Shown: piece by piece, positions 9,448-19,081 of the stretch
How positions within the stretch are numbered: position 1 is the stretch's first letter
Layout of the letters: each line of letters opens with the position of its first letter
Origin: Gemmatimonadota bacterium
Lineage (GTDB): Bacteria > Gemmatimonadota > Gemmatimonadetes > Palauibacterales > Palauibacteraceae
DNA: 64,000 nt
Direction: 5' to 3'
Assembly (NCBI GenBank): GCA_039588275.1
Contig: JBDHAC010000017.1
Location: forward strand, 1-64,000
Program-made: the position numbers and the translations under genes
The notes under the pieces: model-generated
The model's database searches: none
Seen by the model: only the letters and a program-made list of their open reading frames with translations
Told to the model about the DNA's origin: nothing

Positions 9448-10665
9448 GTGATCGGATTGACGCAGTACGACCTCGCGATCGTCGGTGCGGGCCCCATCGG
9501 GCTGGAGGCTGCAGCGGCGGCCACGGCGGCCGGGCTCGAGGTCGTGCTGCTTGAGCGCGACGAGCCCGCACGGCACGTGGGCGATTGGGGTCACGTGCGG
9601 CTGTTCACGCCTTTCGGAATGAACGCCGGCCCCGCGGGACACGCGCTCCTGGCGTCAGAGGACATCGAGCTTCCCGACCCCGATCAGCATCTCACCGGGC
9701 ACCAGCTTCGAGAGCGGTACCTGCTGCCGCTCGCTCGCATTGTGTCGCGGCGAGCTCGGCTGCTGACGCGGCACCGTGTGGTCTCCATCAGCCGCGGCAA
9801 CCTCCTCAAGGGTGAGCTCCTGGGCCAAACTGCCCGTCGGGAGTCGCCGTTCCGACTCCTGTGCCAGGGTTCGGCGGACGAGGTGGAGATCACAGCGCGC
9901 GCCGTGTTCGATTGTAGCGGCACGTACGGTCGTTCCAACTGGGCCGGCCCGGGCGGCACCCCCGCTCGTGGAGAGCGATCGCTTCGCACCTCGATCGAAT
10001 ACGGGCTCCCGGATGTTCTCGGGCGCGATCGCTCACGGTACGAGGGCGTGCGCTCTCTCGTGTTGGGGAGTGGGCACTCCGCGGCGACGACCGTACTCTC
10101 GCTGGGCGCGCTCGCGCGCGAGGGCAGCGGGACTCGCTTCACCTGGGCAACCCGGCGGGGCGAGCCCCCACCCGTGGCCGCGATCCCCGACGACTCCTTG
10201 CCCGAGCGCCGATCGCTCGTGGATGCGGCCAACTCGTTGGCGCTGGATCCTCCGGAAGGGTGCGGGTGGCTCGGGGGCGCTCAGCTCGTCCAGGTCGCAC
10301 GGCGGGATGACGCGTATGCGGTGCGGCTCGCGGTGGCGTCCGGCGAGCGCGCGGAGCGCTTCGACAGGATCGTCGCGAACGTCGGCTACGAGCCCGATGA
10401 CCGGCTCTACCGGCAACTCCAGGTTCACGAGTGCTATGCATCTCGCGGCCCCATGAAGCTCTCCGCGGCTCTGCTCGCCTCGGCGAGCGAGGGGCCTGTG
10501 GACTGCCTGGAGTTGGGGGGATTCGGGCCAGAAGCTCTCGAGAATCCCGAGCCCGGGTTCTTCATCCTGGGTGCGAAGAGCTACGGGAAGACTCCCGCGT
10601 TTCTGATGCAGACCGGCTACGAGCAAGTACGAGACGCGCTGCGACTCTCTCTGACGACGGCCTGA
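9448..10665 (+). CDS. FAD/NAD(P)-dependent oxidoreductase (flavin monooxygenase-like)
   Basis: GAGPIGLEAA FAD motif, LGSGHSA NAD(P) motif, WGHVRLFTPF, GAKSYG. Confidence 0.8.
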   Translation: MIGLTQYDLAIVGAGPIGLEAAAAATAAGLEVVLLERDEPARHVGDWGHVRLFTPFGMNAGPAGHALLASEDIELPDPDQHLTGHQLRERYLLPLARIVSRRARLLTRHRVVSISRGNLLKGELLGQTARRESPFRLLCQGSADEVEITARAVFDCSGTYGRSNWAGPGGTPARGERSLRTSIEYGLPDVLGRDRSRYEGVRSLVLGSGHSAATTVLSLGALAREGSGTRFTWATRRGEPPPVAAIPDDSLPERRSLVDAANSLALDPPEGCGWLGGAQLVQVARRDDAYAVRLAVASGERAERFDRIVANVGYEPDDRLYRQLQVHECYASRGPMKLSAALLASASEGPVDCLELGGFGPEALENPEPGFFILGAKSYGKTPAFLMQTGYEQVRDALRLSLTTA

Positions 10666-10698
10666 GCCTGTACGCGCCCGAGCCTACGTACGTCGGGG

Positions 10699-12414
10699 CT
10701 ACATACGCTTGTAGGACGGACCGCTCCCACCCTCGCGCGGCAACCAGCGAGGACCGAGGACATCGGTCGCCTTACAGTCTACGCAGTTGGGCGCATTGAC
10801 CCGCAGCTCCTCCCCCTCGCGCTCGTAGACCCCCGCTGGGCAAAGGTGCTCGTAGAACTCAGCCATCTCACCCGACACGCCATCGGCGGTCACTAGATGA
10901 GACGGGATGTCATCGCGCGTCGCGTTCCCGGCGCGGAACACGGCGTCCACCTTGTCGAACGTCCGCATCCCATCCGCCACGTAGGACCGCCCGAGGCGCT
11001 TGGTGCGCTTCACCTCCACATCTGACTCGGCACCGATTCGACCGCCCGGGAATCTCCCGCGGGTCAACTGCATCGCGAGCGCCCGCGCGCCCCCCCGGAA
11101 CAGACCCGCTTTGAACGCGAGCCGCATGTTGCGGTTTCGGTACAGCGCGTCGGCGGCCAGGCTGGCCCTGAGCCGCTGATCATAGACGGCTAGCCGGGCG
11201 GCCGAGGGATCGTCGGCGGCGAGCGCATCGTAGATGACGTGAGCCGCCATGATGCCAGATCGCATCGCGTAGTGGATCCCCTTCAATGTGGCCACGTCCA
11301 CCGTCCCGGCCGCGTCCCCGACAATGAGGAGCCCGTCGCCGTGCAATCGGTCAGGGATCGCATGGTAGCCCCCTTCGGGAATCGTCTTCGCACCCCACTC
11401 GACCAATTCCCCGCCGTCCAGGACCGCGTCGACCAGAGGGTGCCGCTTCATCGACTGCAACAGGGCATGCACGTCCAGATCCACGTACGGGTGGTCGAGG
11501 CCGACCACGAGCCCCAGCGAGACGAGGTCGTCCGCCATCGGGTACAGCCAGCTGCCCCCGAAGGCGTCGCGGGGGAGCGGCCAGCCCATCGTGTGAGTCA
11601 CGGCGTCCAGAGGACGCTTTACCTGCCAGAGCTCCTTGACGCCCAGCGCGTAGATCTGGGGGTTCGCCGTTCCCACGCCCTCTCGCGCCAGATACGCCTG
11701 GGAGAGGGCGCCCCGAGTCCCTTCGGCCAGGACCGTGACCCGCGCGCCGATATCGGTCGGTGGCATGAAACCACTACCCGGGTTGCCGTCGCGATCGAGG
11801 CCGGCCGGCGTCGTCCGCGCACCGACTACCCGCCCCCCCTGCATGAGCAGTGACTCGGCCGGGAAGCCGGTGAACAGGTTGATGCCCAGCTCCTCGGCGC
11901 GCTCGCCCAGCCATCGTGCGATCTCGCACACGGACGCGACGTGATTCCCGTGGTTTCGCATGGTGGGCGGGGTCGGGAGACGCAGGCTGCGGGTCTCGGT
12001 CAGCAGGTAAACCCGATCCCTGTTCACTCGATCCCGCAACGGGAGCTCGGTCGCGGCCAGGTCGGGAAACAGGGTCCGAAACGGCTCCGGGTTCACGACC
12101 GCGCCCGACAGGCAGTGCTCGCCCAACCCCTCGGCCTTCTCCAGCACCGCGATCTCCAGCTCCCCGAGCGGCCCGCCATTCTCCCTGTCCCGGGCCACCA
12201 ACCGGGCGAGCTGGATCGCACCCGCGAGTCCCGCGGGCCCACCTCCCACGAATAGCACATCGACGGGCACTGCCTCCTCGCCGGGTCCTTCATCCACGAG
12301 GAGGCGCTCGGTCGGCAGAGCCGGTTGCGCCGCGTCGGGCCGTAACGCCGCTGCCGGGCCGGGCGCGCCGGCCGGAGCAACTCCGTTCGAGAGCGTGTCT
12401 TCTTCCACGATCAC
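10699..12414 (-). CDS. Electron transfer flavoprotein-ubiquinone oxidoreductase
   Basis: GGGPAGLA, LSGAV, AKTIPEGG, KGIHYAM and the C-terminal 4Fe-4S CPAGVYE...NCVDCK. Confidence 0.9.
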   Translation of the reverse strand: MIVEEDTLSNGVAPAGAPGPAAALRPDAAQPALPTERLLVDEGPGEEAVPVDVLFVGGGPAGLAGAIQLARLVARDRENGGPLGELEIAVLEKAEGLGEHCLSGAVVNPEPFRTLFPDLAATELPLRDRVNRDRVYLLTETRSLRLPTPPTMRNHGNHVASVCEIARWLGERAEELGINLFTGFPAESLLMQGGRVVGARTTPAGLDRDGNPGSGFMPPTDIGARVTVLAEGTRGALSQAYLAREGVGTANPQIYALGVKELWQVKRPLDAVTHTMGWPLPRDAFGGSWLYPMADDLVSLGLVVGLDHPYVDLDVHALLQSMKRHPLVDAVLDGGELVEWGAKTIPEGGYHAIPDRLHGDGLLIVGDAAGTVDVATLKGIHYAMRSGIMAAHVIYDALAADDPSAARLAVYDQRLRASLAADALYRNRNMRLAFKAGLFRGGARALAMQLTRGRFPGGRIGAESDVEVKRTKRLGRSYVADGMRTFDKVDAVFRAGNATRDDIPSHLVTADGVSGEMAEFYEHLCPAGVYEREGEELRVNAPNCVDCKATDVLGPRWLPREGGSGPSYKRM

Positions 12415-12424
12415 CTCGGTTGGA

Positions 12425-13897
12425 TCACGAGACTCGGGGACGCCGCCGCCGATCGTATCGACGCCACAGATCGGGGTGGAAGAGCAACAGGATCGTGAAG
12501 ATCTCCAGACGGCCCGCCAGCATCAGAAAGATGAGCACGACGTGTGACGCAGACCCCATCCAACCGTAGTTGTCGACCGCCCCTACCTCTCCGAGTCCGG
12601 GTCCGATGTTGCCGATGCTGGCCGCGCTCGCGCCGATCGCGGTCGTCAGATCATGACCCAGCAGCGTGAGTACGAGGGCGCCCGCGCCGAACAGCGCGAA
12701 GAAGAAGAGCGCGAACGCCAGGATGCGCAGGAAGACTCGGTCGCGGACCGGTCGCGGACCGAGGTGTGCGACGACGACCGCGCGGGGGTGAACGCTCCGC
12801 TTCAACTCGGTCAGTCCGTGTCGAACCAGCAGGTACACCCGCATGGCCTTCATCCCGCCTCCCGTCGAACCGGCCATTCCGCCCATGAACATCAGTCCCA
12901 GAAGCAGAAACTGGACACCCACGGTCCACAGCTCGAAGTCGTGGGTGACGAACCCGGTCGTCGTACCGATCGAGACGGTCTGGAACAGCGAATCGCGGAA
13001 CGCCCGCTCGACACCACCGTCGGATCCCTGGGCAACCGTCAGGAAGAAGATCAGAATAGTGCACCCCAGCAGGACACCGCTGAAGAACTTCCACTCCGCG
13101 TCCTTCCAGTAGTCGAAGCGCCCGTTCAGGGCCCGGAAATGGAGCGTGAAGTTGAGGGCGGCCAGGTACATGAACAGGATCGTGACGTACTGGATGTAGG
13201 GCGCATCGAAGGCCGCGAGCGACGCGTTGCGGGTGGAGAATCCTCCGGTAGAGAGCGTGGTGAAGGCGTGGTTTATCGCCTCGAACGGAGGTAGGCCGCC
13301 AAACAGGAACAGCACGATCTGGGCGGCGGTGAGGCCACCGTACACGACCCACAGGAGGCTCGCGGTATGTCGGACCCTGGGTGTGAGGAGCTCCGGAGTC
13401 GGTCCGGGCATCTCGGCGCGGAACAGCTGCATGCCACCCACTCCGAGAAACGGCAGGATCGCGATCCCCAGGACCACGATCCCCATCCCTCCGAGCCATT
13501 GGGTCACGGAGCGCCAGAACAGAACGCCGCGAGGGAGATTCTCGATATCCGCGAACACCGTCGCACCTGTCGTGGTGAACCCGGAAACCGACTCGAAGAA
13601 CGCTGCGACCGGCGACGTGATGACGCCGGAGAGGAGGTACGGGATAGCACCGGCGAGACCGACGGTGATCCAGGCGAGGGCGACCACCGCGTATCCCTCC
13701 CGGACCGTCAGGTCGCGCTCCATCCGCGTGCGGGCGTACGCCGTGTATCCGGTCAGTGCGGCGATCGCGGCAGCACCTCCGAACGCGACCGCGTCTCCTT
13801 CCCCGTAGTACAGCGACACGAGTCCGGTGAGCGCGAGAGCCACGCTCAGGGCCATGAGCGTGATGCCCACCACGTGGATGAGGTGGGTGTACTTCAC
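12425..13897 (-). CDS. trkH: Trk potassium uptake membrane protein
   Basis: SGFTTTGAT, QWLGGMG, STGGFS, GSTGGGMK, GNIGPG and GRLE motifs. Confidence 0.95.
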   Translation of the reverse strand: MKYTHLIHVVGITLMALSVALALTGLVSLYYGEGDAVAFGGAAAIAALTGYTAYARTRMERDLTVREGYAVVALAWITVGLAGAIPYLLSGVITSPVAAFFESVSGFTTTGATVFADIENLPRGVLFWRSVTQWLGGMGIVVLGIAILPFLGVGGMQLFRAEMPGPTPELLTPRVRHTASLLWVVYGGLTAAQIVLFLFGGLPPFEAINHAFTTLSTGGFSTRNASLAAFDAPYIQYVTILFMYLAALNFTLHFRALNGRFDYWKDAEWKFFSGVLLGCTILIFFLTVAQGSDGGVERAFRDSLFQTVSIGTTTGFVTHDFELWTVGVQFLLLGLMFMGGMAGSTGGGMKAMRVYLLVRHGLTELKRSVHPRAVVVAHLGPRPVRDRVFLRILAFALFFFALFGAGALVLTLLGHDLTTAIGASAASIGNIGPGLGEVGAVDNYGWMGSASHVVLIFLMLAGRLEIFTILLLFHPDLWRRYDRRRRPRVS

Positions 13898-15237
13898 GCG
13901 AACAGGCGTTCCATCTTCGGCACCGTGTGCGGCAGGCCGAACAACACGACGTGGTCTCCCGCGCGCACGGCGTCATCCCCGCGCGGCGTGATCACCTTCT
14001 TGCCGCGGATGATCGCGCCTACGACGCCGCCCTCGGGGATGTCGAGGCTGCGGAAGGGACGTCCGAGGGCGGGCGCGTCGCTTCCGATCCGGATCTCGAC
14101 CGCCTCCGCGTCGATACCCCTCAAAGCCACGACGCCGAGGACGTTGGCGCGGTGCAGGTAGCGCAAGATCGAGTTCGCCGCCGAGAGCCGTGGAGACACC
14201 GCCGCATCGATACCGACCTTGTTGGCCAGAGGGATGTACTGACGTCGATGGAGGAGGCTGACCACCTTGCGCGCGCCGGAGGCTTTCGCGAGCAGACTGG
14301 ACAGCATGTTGGTCTCGTCCTGTCCGGTGTACGCGACGAACCCGTCCACGCCCGCTATCCCTTCCATCTCCAGCAACTCCGCGTCGGTGGCGTCGCCCTG
14401 CAGCACGAGCGCCTCCGGCAGCCTGGATGACAGCTCCACGCACCGCTTGTGATCGATGTCCAGAATCGAATACGCGACGTCGTGCTTCGTGAGCGTGCGG
14501 GCGAGGTGCACGGCCTCCTGGCTCCCGCCGGCGATCATGACTCTCCGCAGCCGGTAGGGTTCGTACCCGGCGAGCGCGGGCAGCTCGGACATGTGGCCCG
14601 CGGGGCTGACCAGGAAGATCAGGTCGTCCGCTTCTATGCGACTCGACCCGGTCGGAATTTCGGTGTCGCCGTCGTGATTGATGGCGACGGTCGTGTATTG
14701 CCGGCCCCGTAGCTCCTCGTCCAGCTGTGAGATCGTCTTCCCCGCTACGGGGGCGTCGGGCATCACGCGCATCCCGATGAGGAACACCTTGCCCTCCGCG
14801 AAGCTCACGAGCTCGGTCGCTGCCTCGCTGCGGAGCAGCTGGAAGGTCTCTCTCGCGCTCTCGCGCTCGGGGTCGATCATCAGGTCGATCCCGAGCTGCT
14901 CCCGCGACAGGACGCTACCCTCGACGTAGAACTCGGGGCTGCTGATACGCGCGACCTTTTGCTGAACCCCGAGCCGTTCGGCTGCGAGGCAGCCGATGAT
15001 GTTGACCTCGTCCCTGTTCGTCACCGCGAGGAAGAGCTTGGCGTCGGCGACCCCCGCCGATTCCAGGACGCGGATCGACGCCCCGTTCCCGGCTATGGGC
15101 AGGACATCGAGACGGTCTCCGATGTGTTCGGCGCGCTCGGGATCGGAATCGATGACGACGACGTCCTGATCCTGCTGGGAGAGGGTCTCCGCCAGGTGGT
15201 ATCCCACCTGGCCGGCACCAACGATGATGATCTTCAT
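13894..15237 (-). CDS. trkA: Trk potassium uptake NAD-binding subunit
   Basis: MKIIIVGAGQVG; two RCK_N/RCK_C pairs; 4-bp overlap with trkH. Confidence 0.95.
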   Translation of the reverse strand: MKIIIVGAGQVGYHLAETLSQQDQDVVVIDSDPERAEHIGDRLDVLPIAGNGASIRVLESAGVADAKLFLAVTNRDEVNIIGCLAAERLGVQQKVARISSPEFYVEGSVLSREQLGIDLMIDPERESARETFQLLRSEAATELVSFAEGKVFLIGMRVMPDAPVAGKTISQLDEELRGRQYTTVAINHDGDTEIPTGSSRIEADDLIFLVSPAGHMSELPALAGYEPYRLRRVMIAGGSQEAVHLARTLTKHDVAYSILDIDHKRCVELSSRLPEALVLQGDATDAELLEMEGIAGVDGFVAYTGQDETNMLSSLLAKASGARKVVSLLHRRQYIPLANKVGIDAAVSPRLSAANSILRYLHRANVLGVVALRGIDAEAVEIRIGSDAPALGRPFRSLDIPEGGVVGAIIRGKKVITPRGDDAVRAGDHVVLFGLPHTVPKMERLFA

Positions 15238-15259
15238 GTTCTGGCTCGGAGTCGGTCGT

Positions 15260-16417
15260 TCACCGCCCTGGTGGCGCGTCGGGCTCGGGTGCGGCTCCCG
15301 CCTTTCGCAGGAGCTCGAGTGTTGGAGCGAGCGGCAAGGCCTCCCAACGACGTCCCTGGTGCCCGGTCACCGTGGTCGCCCTGAAGAGAGAATTTATCAC
15401 GGCCTCCTCGGTCGCCTCTACGGTGGCCTCGAACAGTGCCGACAGAAGCCGTGGATCGCGCGATGCGGGCGCTCGCGAGGTACTGAAGACGATCGCGTAG
15501 TCTCCCGATCCGTGCGACATGTGGGACCCGGCGCGAGCGATGCCCAGGAACGTTCGGAGCCCGATCCGCTCGAGCTCCCGGTGGGCGAGCGGGGCGTCCA
15601 CGGCCACGACGATCATGACCGAGCCGTCTTGGCCCTCACGATCCCCGGCGGAGCCCTGCCCGCGCAGACCCCGCGCGCGTAGGCTGTCTCCCACGGGAAC
15701 GCCGTCCACCCGTAGGCTCCCACCGAAGTTCGTCTGCACGAGCACTCCGAGCGTCACCGGGCCCATCTCGGTATCGAGGCGGCGAGACGCGGTTCCGATC
15801 CCGCCTTTCCACCCGAGCGCCCGGGCGCCGGTTCCCGCTCCGACGCTGCCCTCCTCCACCGGTCCGGCGGCGGCCGCTCGGAGTGCGGCCCGTACGTGCT
15901 CGGGTCGGATGGGTCGAGCCCGGATGTCGCTCAAATAGCCGTCGTTGGTCTCGCCCACCACGGGGTTGATCGAGCGTACTCCGGCGTTGTCCGGGTGAGC
16001 GAGCAGCGTGTCGATCAGCGCATCCGCGGCGCGGAACACGCTCAGGGTCCCGGTGAGCAGGATGGGCGTCTCGATCTCCCCCAGCTCGTTGACCTGGCTG
16101 AGGCCCACCAGTTTCCCGAACCCGTTTCCGACCGCGATGGCCGCCCGCACCGGGTCGTCATACAGGCTCCCATTGTGCGGGAGAATCGCCGTGACACCCG
16201 TGCGGATCGAGTCGCCGACCCACACCGTCTCGTGCCCGACGAGGACGCCGGAGACATCCGTGATCGCGTTCCAAGAGCCGGTCGGCAGCCGACCGATCGT
16301 CACGCCAGCCTCGCGAACCCTGGGTCTCACCTGTGCGAGCAGCTCGCCGCCCCAAAGACCGCCAGCGGTGAGCCCGATGAGCAGCCCGATCAAGCAGCGA
16401 TTCGAAGTCCTGTGCAT
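15260..16417 (-). CDS. P1 family peptidase (DmpA L-aminopeptidase/D-amidase-like), secreted
   Basis: NAITDV, RTGVTAILP, GNGFGK, VVGETNDG, GAGTG and the HGSGD autoproteolysis site; signal peptide. Start moved to MHRTS. Confidence 0.88.
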   Translation of the reverse strand: MHRTSNRCLIGLLIGLTAGGLWGGELLAQVRPRVREAGVTIGRLPTGSWNAITDVSGVLVGHETVWVGDSIRTGVTAILPHNGSLYDDPVRAAIAVGNGFGKLVGLSQVNELGEIETPILLTGTLSVFRAADALIDTLLAHPDNAGVRSINPVVGETNDGYLSDIRARPIRPEHVRAALRAAAAGPVEEGSVGAGTGARALGWKGGIGTASRRLDTEMGPVTLGVLVQTNFGGSLRVDGVPVGDSLRARGLRGQGSAGDREGQDGSVMIVVAVDAPLAHRELERIGLRTFLGIARAGSHMSHGSGDYAIVFSTSRAPASRDPRLLSALFEATVEATEEAVINSLFRATTVTGHQGRRWEALPLAPTLELLRKAGAAPEPDAPPGR

Positions 16418-16592
16418 TCTCACGATCCTCCCATCCCTCTTCCAGAGGTGGGCCCCGCGGGCTGGCCGGGCGGGCGGACAGTTCGCACGGTGGCGTTCGC
16501 CCGGTGAGGTGACGCTGCACCCTGCATCGCGCGCTCCGCAACCCCCTGTAACGCGCGTCGCTACGCTCTCTTGCCACACCACCAATCGGAGG

Positions 16593-16623
16593 TTGACAGG
16601 GCGCGTCGATTTGCGGTTATTTT
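16593..16623 (+). promoter_or_regulatory. Possible sigma70 promoter for the porin-family gene
   Basis: TTGACA (16593-98) followed 18-19 nt later by TTATTT/TATTTT in an AT-rich divergent intergenic region. Confidence 0.35.
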
Positions 16624-16720
16624 GGACCCATAAGGCTTTTATAGGTGTAGGGTCGACACACTTTCGGCTTGCGTGATGCCCCGTCCCGCTCATCCGCGCT
16701 CGCCAAAAGGAGGTCGTCGC

Positions 16721-17380
16721 ATGTTACATCGTTTAGCGACCGTGTTATTGGCTATCGTGGTCCTCGCATCCGTTCCGCCGGCGCTGGATGCACAAGATGT
16801 CGTGGTGGGGGCCAAGGGCGGCCTCAGCTTCGCGAACATCAGCACGGATGAACCCGACCTGGCGAGCTCTGATAGCCGCAACGGGTTCCTCGCCGGGTTG
16901 TTCCTCGAGATCGGACTTGGGGAGATCTTCGCGCTTCAGCCCGAGGTGCTCTACGCACAGAAGGGCTTCGCGGATCAGGAGGAGGGCGTCGAGGTGACCG
17001 CCGAGTTCGACTACATCGACATCCCGCTTCTCCTGAAAGCGAGGTTCGGCGCCGACGGCCGCGTCCGCCCCGGCCTGTACGCCGGCCCGGTGATCTCGTT
17101 CGAGAGCTCCTGCTCGCTCACGGGCGAGGACGTTGGCGTCTCGGTCGACGTGGATTGTGACATCGATGAAATCGAGGGCCTCGCAGATCGTAAAACGACG
17201 GACTTTGCGATCGCGTTCGGCGGTGAGATCCAATTCGACGTGAGCGATAACGTGGTGGGCCTCGTCGATGCCCGTTACGCGCTCGGGCTCACCGACATAG
17301 CGAGTGATATCACGGATGCCGAGAGCGTCAAGACCCGTATGTTCGCGATCATGGCCGGACTGGGCATCAAGGTCAACTAG
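16721..17380 (+). CDS. Porin-family outer-membrane beta-barrel (OMP_b-brl_2-like)
   Basis: AAGGAGG RBS; signal peptide; GAKGGLSFA, LQPEVLYAQKG, YIDIPLLLK, DARYALGL. Confidence 0.85.
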   Translation: MLHRLATVLLAIVVLASVPPALDAQDVVVGAKGGLSFANISTDEPDLASSDSRNGFLAGLFLEIGLGEIFALQPEVLYAQKGFADQEEGVEVTAEFDYIDIPLLLKARFGADGRVRPGLYAGPVISFESSCSLTGEDVGVSVDVDCDIDEIEGLADRKTTDFAIAFGGEIQFDVSDNVVGLVDARYALGLTDIASDITDAESVKTRMFAIMAGLGIKVN

Positions 17381-17427
17381 ACGGTCGGAGCTCAAGCTGA
17401 ACTAGCGGACCCACCGCACCCAACGAG

Positions 17428-17460
17428 AGACGGACGGCCTTCGGGCCGTCCGTCTTCTTC
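17428..17460 (+). terminator. Intrinsic terminator between convergent genes
   Basis: 12-bp stem AGACGGACGGCC/GGCCGTCCGTCT with a TTCG loop, followed by a pyrimidine run. Confidence 0.75.
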
Positions 17461-17482
17461 TCAGGCTCCGTTCCTTCTACGG

Positions 17483-19081
17483 TCAGTTCCGGCCGAGTCG
17501 GTGGCGGATACGCTCGCTCTTCTGCTGCCGACGCTGCGCGAGCGCTTTTTCCTCTTCGGATGCGGGGGCAGGTGACCGCCGTCGGCCGAAACGGGTGGTG
17601 GCGTCGATCGTATCGGGGCTCGCAGCTTCGGCGGGTAGTTCGACGCGGAACGACGACCCGATTCCGGGCTCGCTCTCGACACTGATCGTCCCGCCGTGCG
17701 CTTCGACGATCTCGCGCGCGATCGCCAGACCGAGACCCGCACCGACCTTCCCGGCGTGCTGACCCGCCTGATAGTACTTCTCGAATATGTAGGGCAGCTC
17801 GGCGGGAGGGATCCCGTGCCCGGTGTCCCGTATCTGGAAGACGATCCAGCCGGGCTTACCCCACGCCTTGAGATCGATCGCGCCGCCGCGTGGTGTGAAC
17901 TTGAACGCGTTCGAGAGCAGGTTCCCGAGGAGCTCGTCCCGCACCCTTCGTCGATCCAGCAGTACCGTGACGGGTGCGGTGGGCTCGGCCATCGTGCGGA
18001 ACACGATCCGCTTCTGCGCGGCGAGACCGGCGAAGTTGCGGCGGATCTCCTCGAGCAACTCCTCGAGCGAAACCGTCGTCAACTCCACATCGAGCCCCTG
18101 CGCCTCTAGACGGCTCATGGCGAGAAGTTGGTCGACCCTTTCGCGCAGGACGTCGGTCTGTTCGCGAACGTACCCGAGCACTTCCGCCTGTTTCGCGTCG
18201 ACCCTCCCGTACGACCCGTCCTCGATCATCTCGACGTAGCCGCGGATCACGTTCACCGGCGTCTTCAACTCGTGGCTGGCGATGCTCACGAACTCCGCCT
18301 TCAACCGGTCGAGTTCCGCCAAGCGTTCGGCCATGGAGCGAAACGAGCGCGTCAGATCCCCGATCTCATCCGTGCGTCCGTACGGTAGGTCGCGGGGTGG
18401 CACGAACCGTCCACCTGCCACGGCCGCCATCGCGGCACGCAATCGCCCCAGAGGCCCGGTCACGGCACCGACGCTGAGCAGAGCCAGCAGCACCGCCAAT
18501 CCCCCCGCCAGGCCGGTAGCGAGGGCCGCCGTGCCCGCCGTTCGCTGGCTGATCTCCTGCGCCCGGATGGCGGCCGCCGTACTCCGCCCGTCGATCGTCT
18601 CGGCGAGCAGGGTCAGGGATTCGCTGGCACTTTCGAACACCGGGTGGATGTCGGCGTAGGCCGCACCCGCCGCACTTATCCGGCGCCGGGTCATCAGCGT
18701 GTCGAGGCGTGCGGTGGCGGCCTCGAGCGTGTCGAGGCGGAGCCCTTCGGCTTGAGAGCTCTCGGGGTATCCACTCTCGCCCAACCGGGTCACGTAGAGA
18801 CGCGCCAGGTCGATCGACTCGTACATGGCGGAGCGGTTCTCCGGCGTCGCGGAGGCGACGAAGTTCCTCTGCTGACGGTTGAGCTCGGACAGGGTCGCCT
18901 CGATCCGGCCGACGGCGAGCAGCGCGGCGGCGTGACGGCTCTGGAGATCGAACGCTATGTCCCGTAGCTCCGCGAGCTGACGCAGGCTGTAATACGCGGG
19001 AGCGAGCAGCAGCAGGATGAGGGCGGCGGCGCCCAGGTAGAGACGCGACCGGAGACTGAGGCTGATGAGTGGGGAAGGCAT
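17483..19081 (-). CDS. HAMP-domain sensor histidine kinase
   Basis: Two TM segments, HAMP, SHELKTP H-box, NLLSNAFKFT, DTGHGI, GAGLGL; TGATG overlap with the upstream regulator. Confidence 0.9.
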   Translation of the reverse strand: MPSPLISLSLRSRLYLGAAALILLLLAPAYYSLRQLAELRDIAFDLQSRHAAALLAVGRIEATLSELNRQQRNFVASATPENRSAMYESIDLARLYVTRLGESGYPESSQAEGLRLDTLEAATARLDTLMTRRRISAAGAAYADIHPVFESASESLTLLAETIDGRSTAAAIRAQEISQRTAGTAALATGLAGGLAVLLALLSVGAVTGPLGRLRAAMAAVAGGRFVPPRDLPYGRTDEIGDLTRSFRSMAERLAELDRLKAEFVSIASHELKTPVNVIRGYVEMIEDGSYGRVDAKQAEVLGYVREQTDVLRERVDQLLAMSRLEAQGLDVELTTVSLEELLEEIRRNFAGLAAQKRIVFRTMAEPTAPVTVLLDRRRVRDELLGNLLSNAFKFTPRGGAIDLKAWGKPGWIVFQIRDTGHGIPPAELPYIFEKYYQAGQHAGKVGAGLGLAIAREIVEAHGGTISVESEPGIGSSFRVELPAEAASPDTIDATTRFGRRRSPAPASEEEKALAQRRQQKSERIRHRLGRN

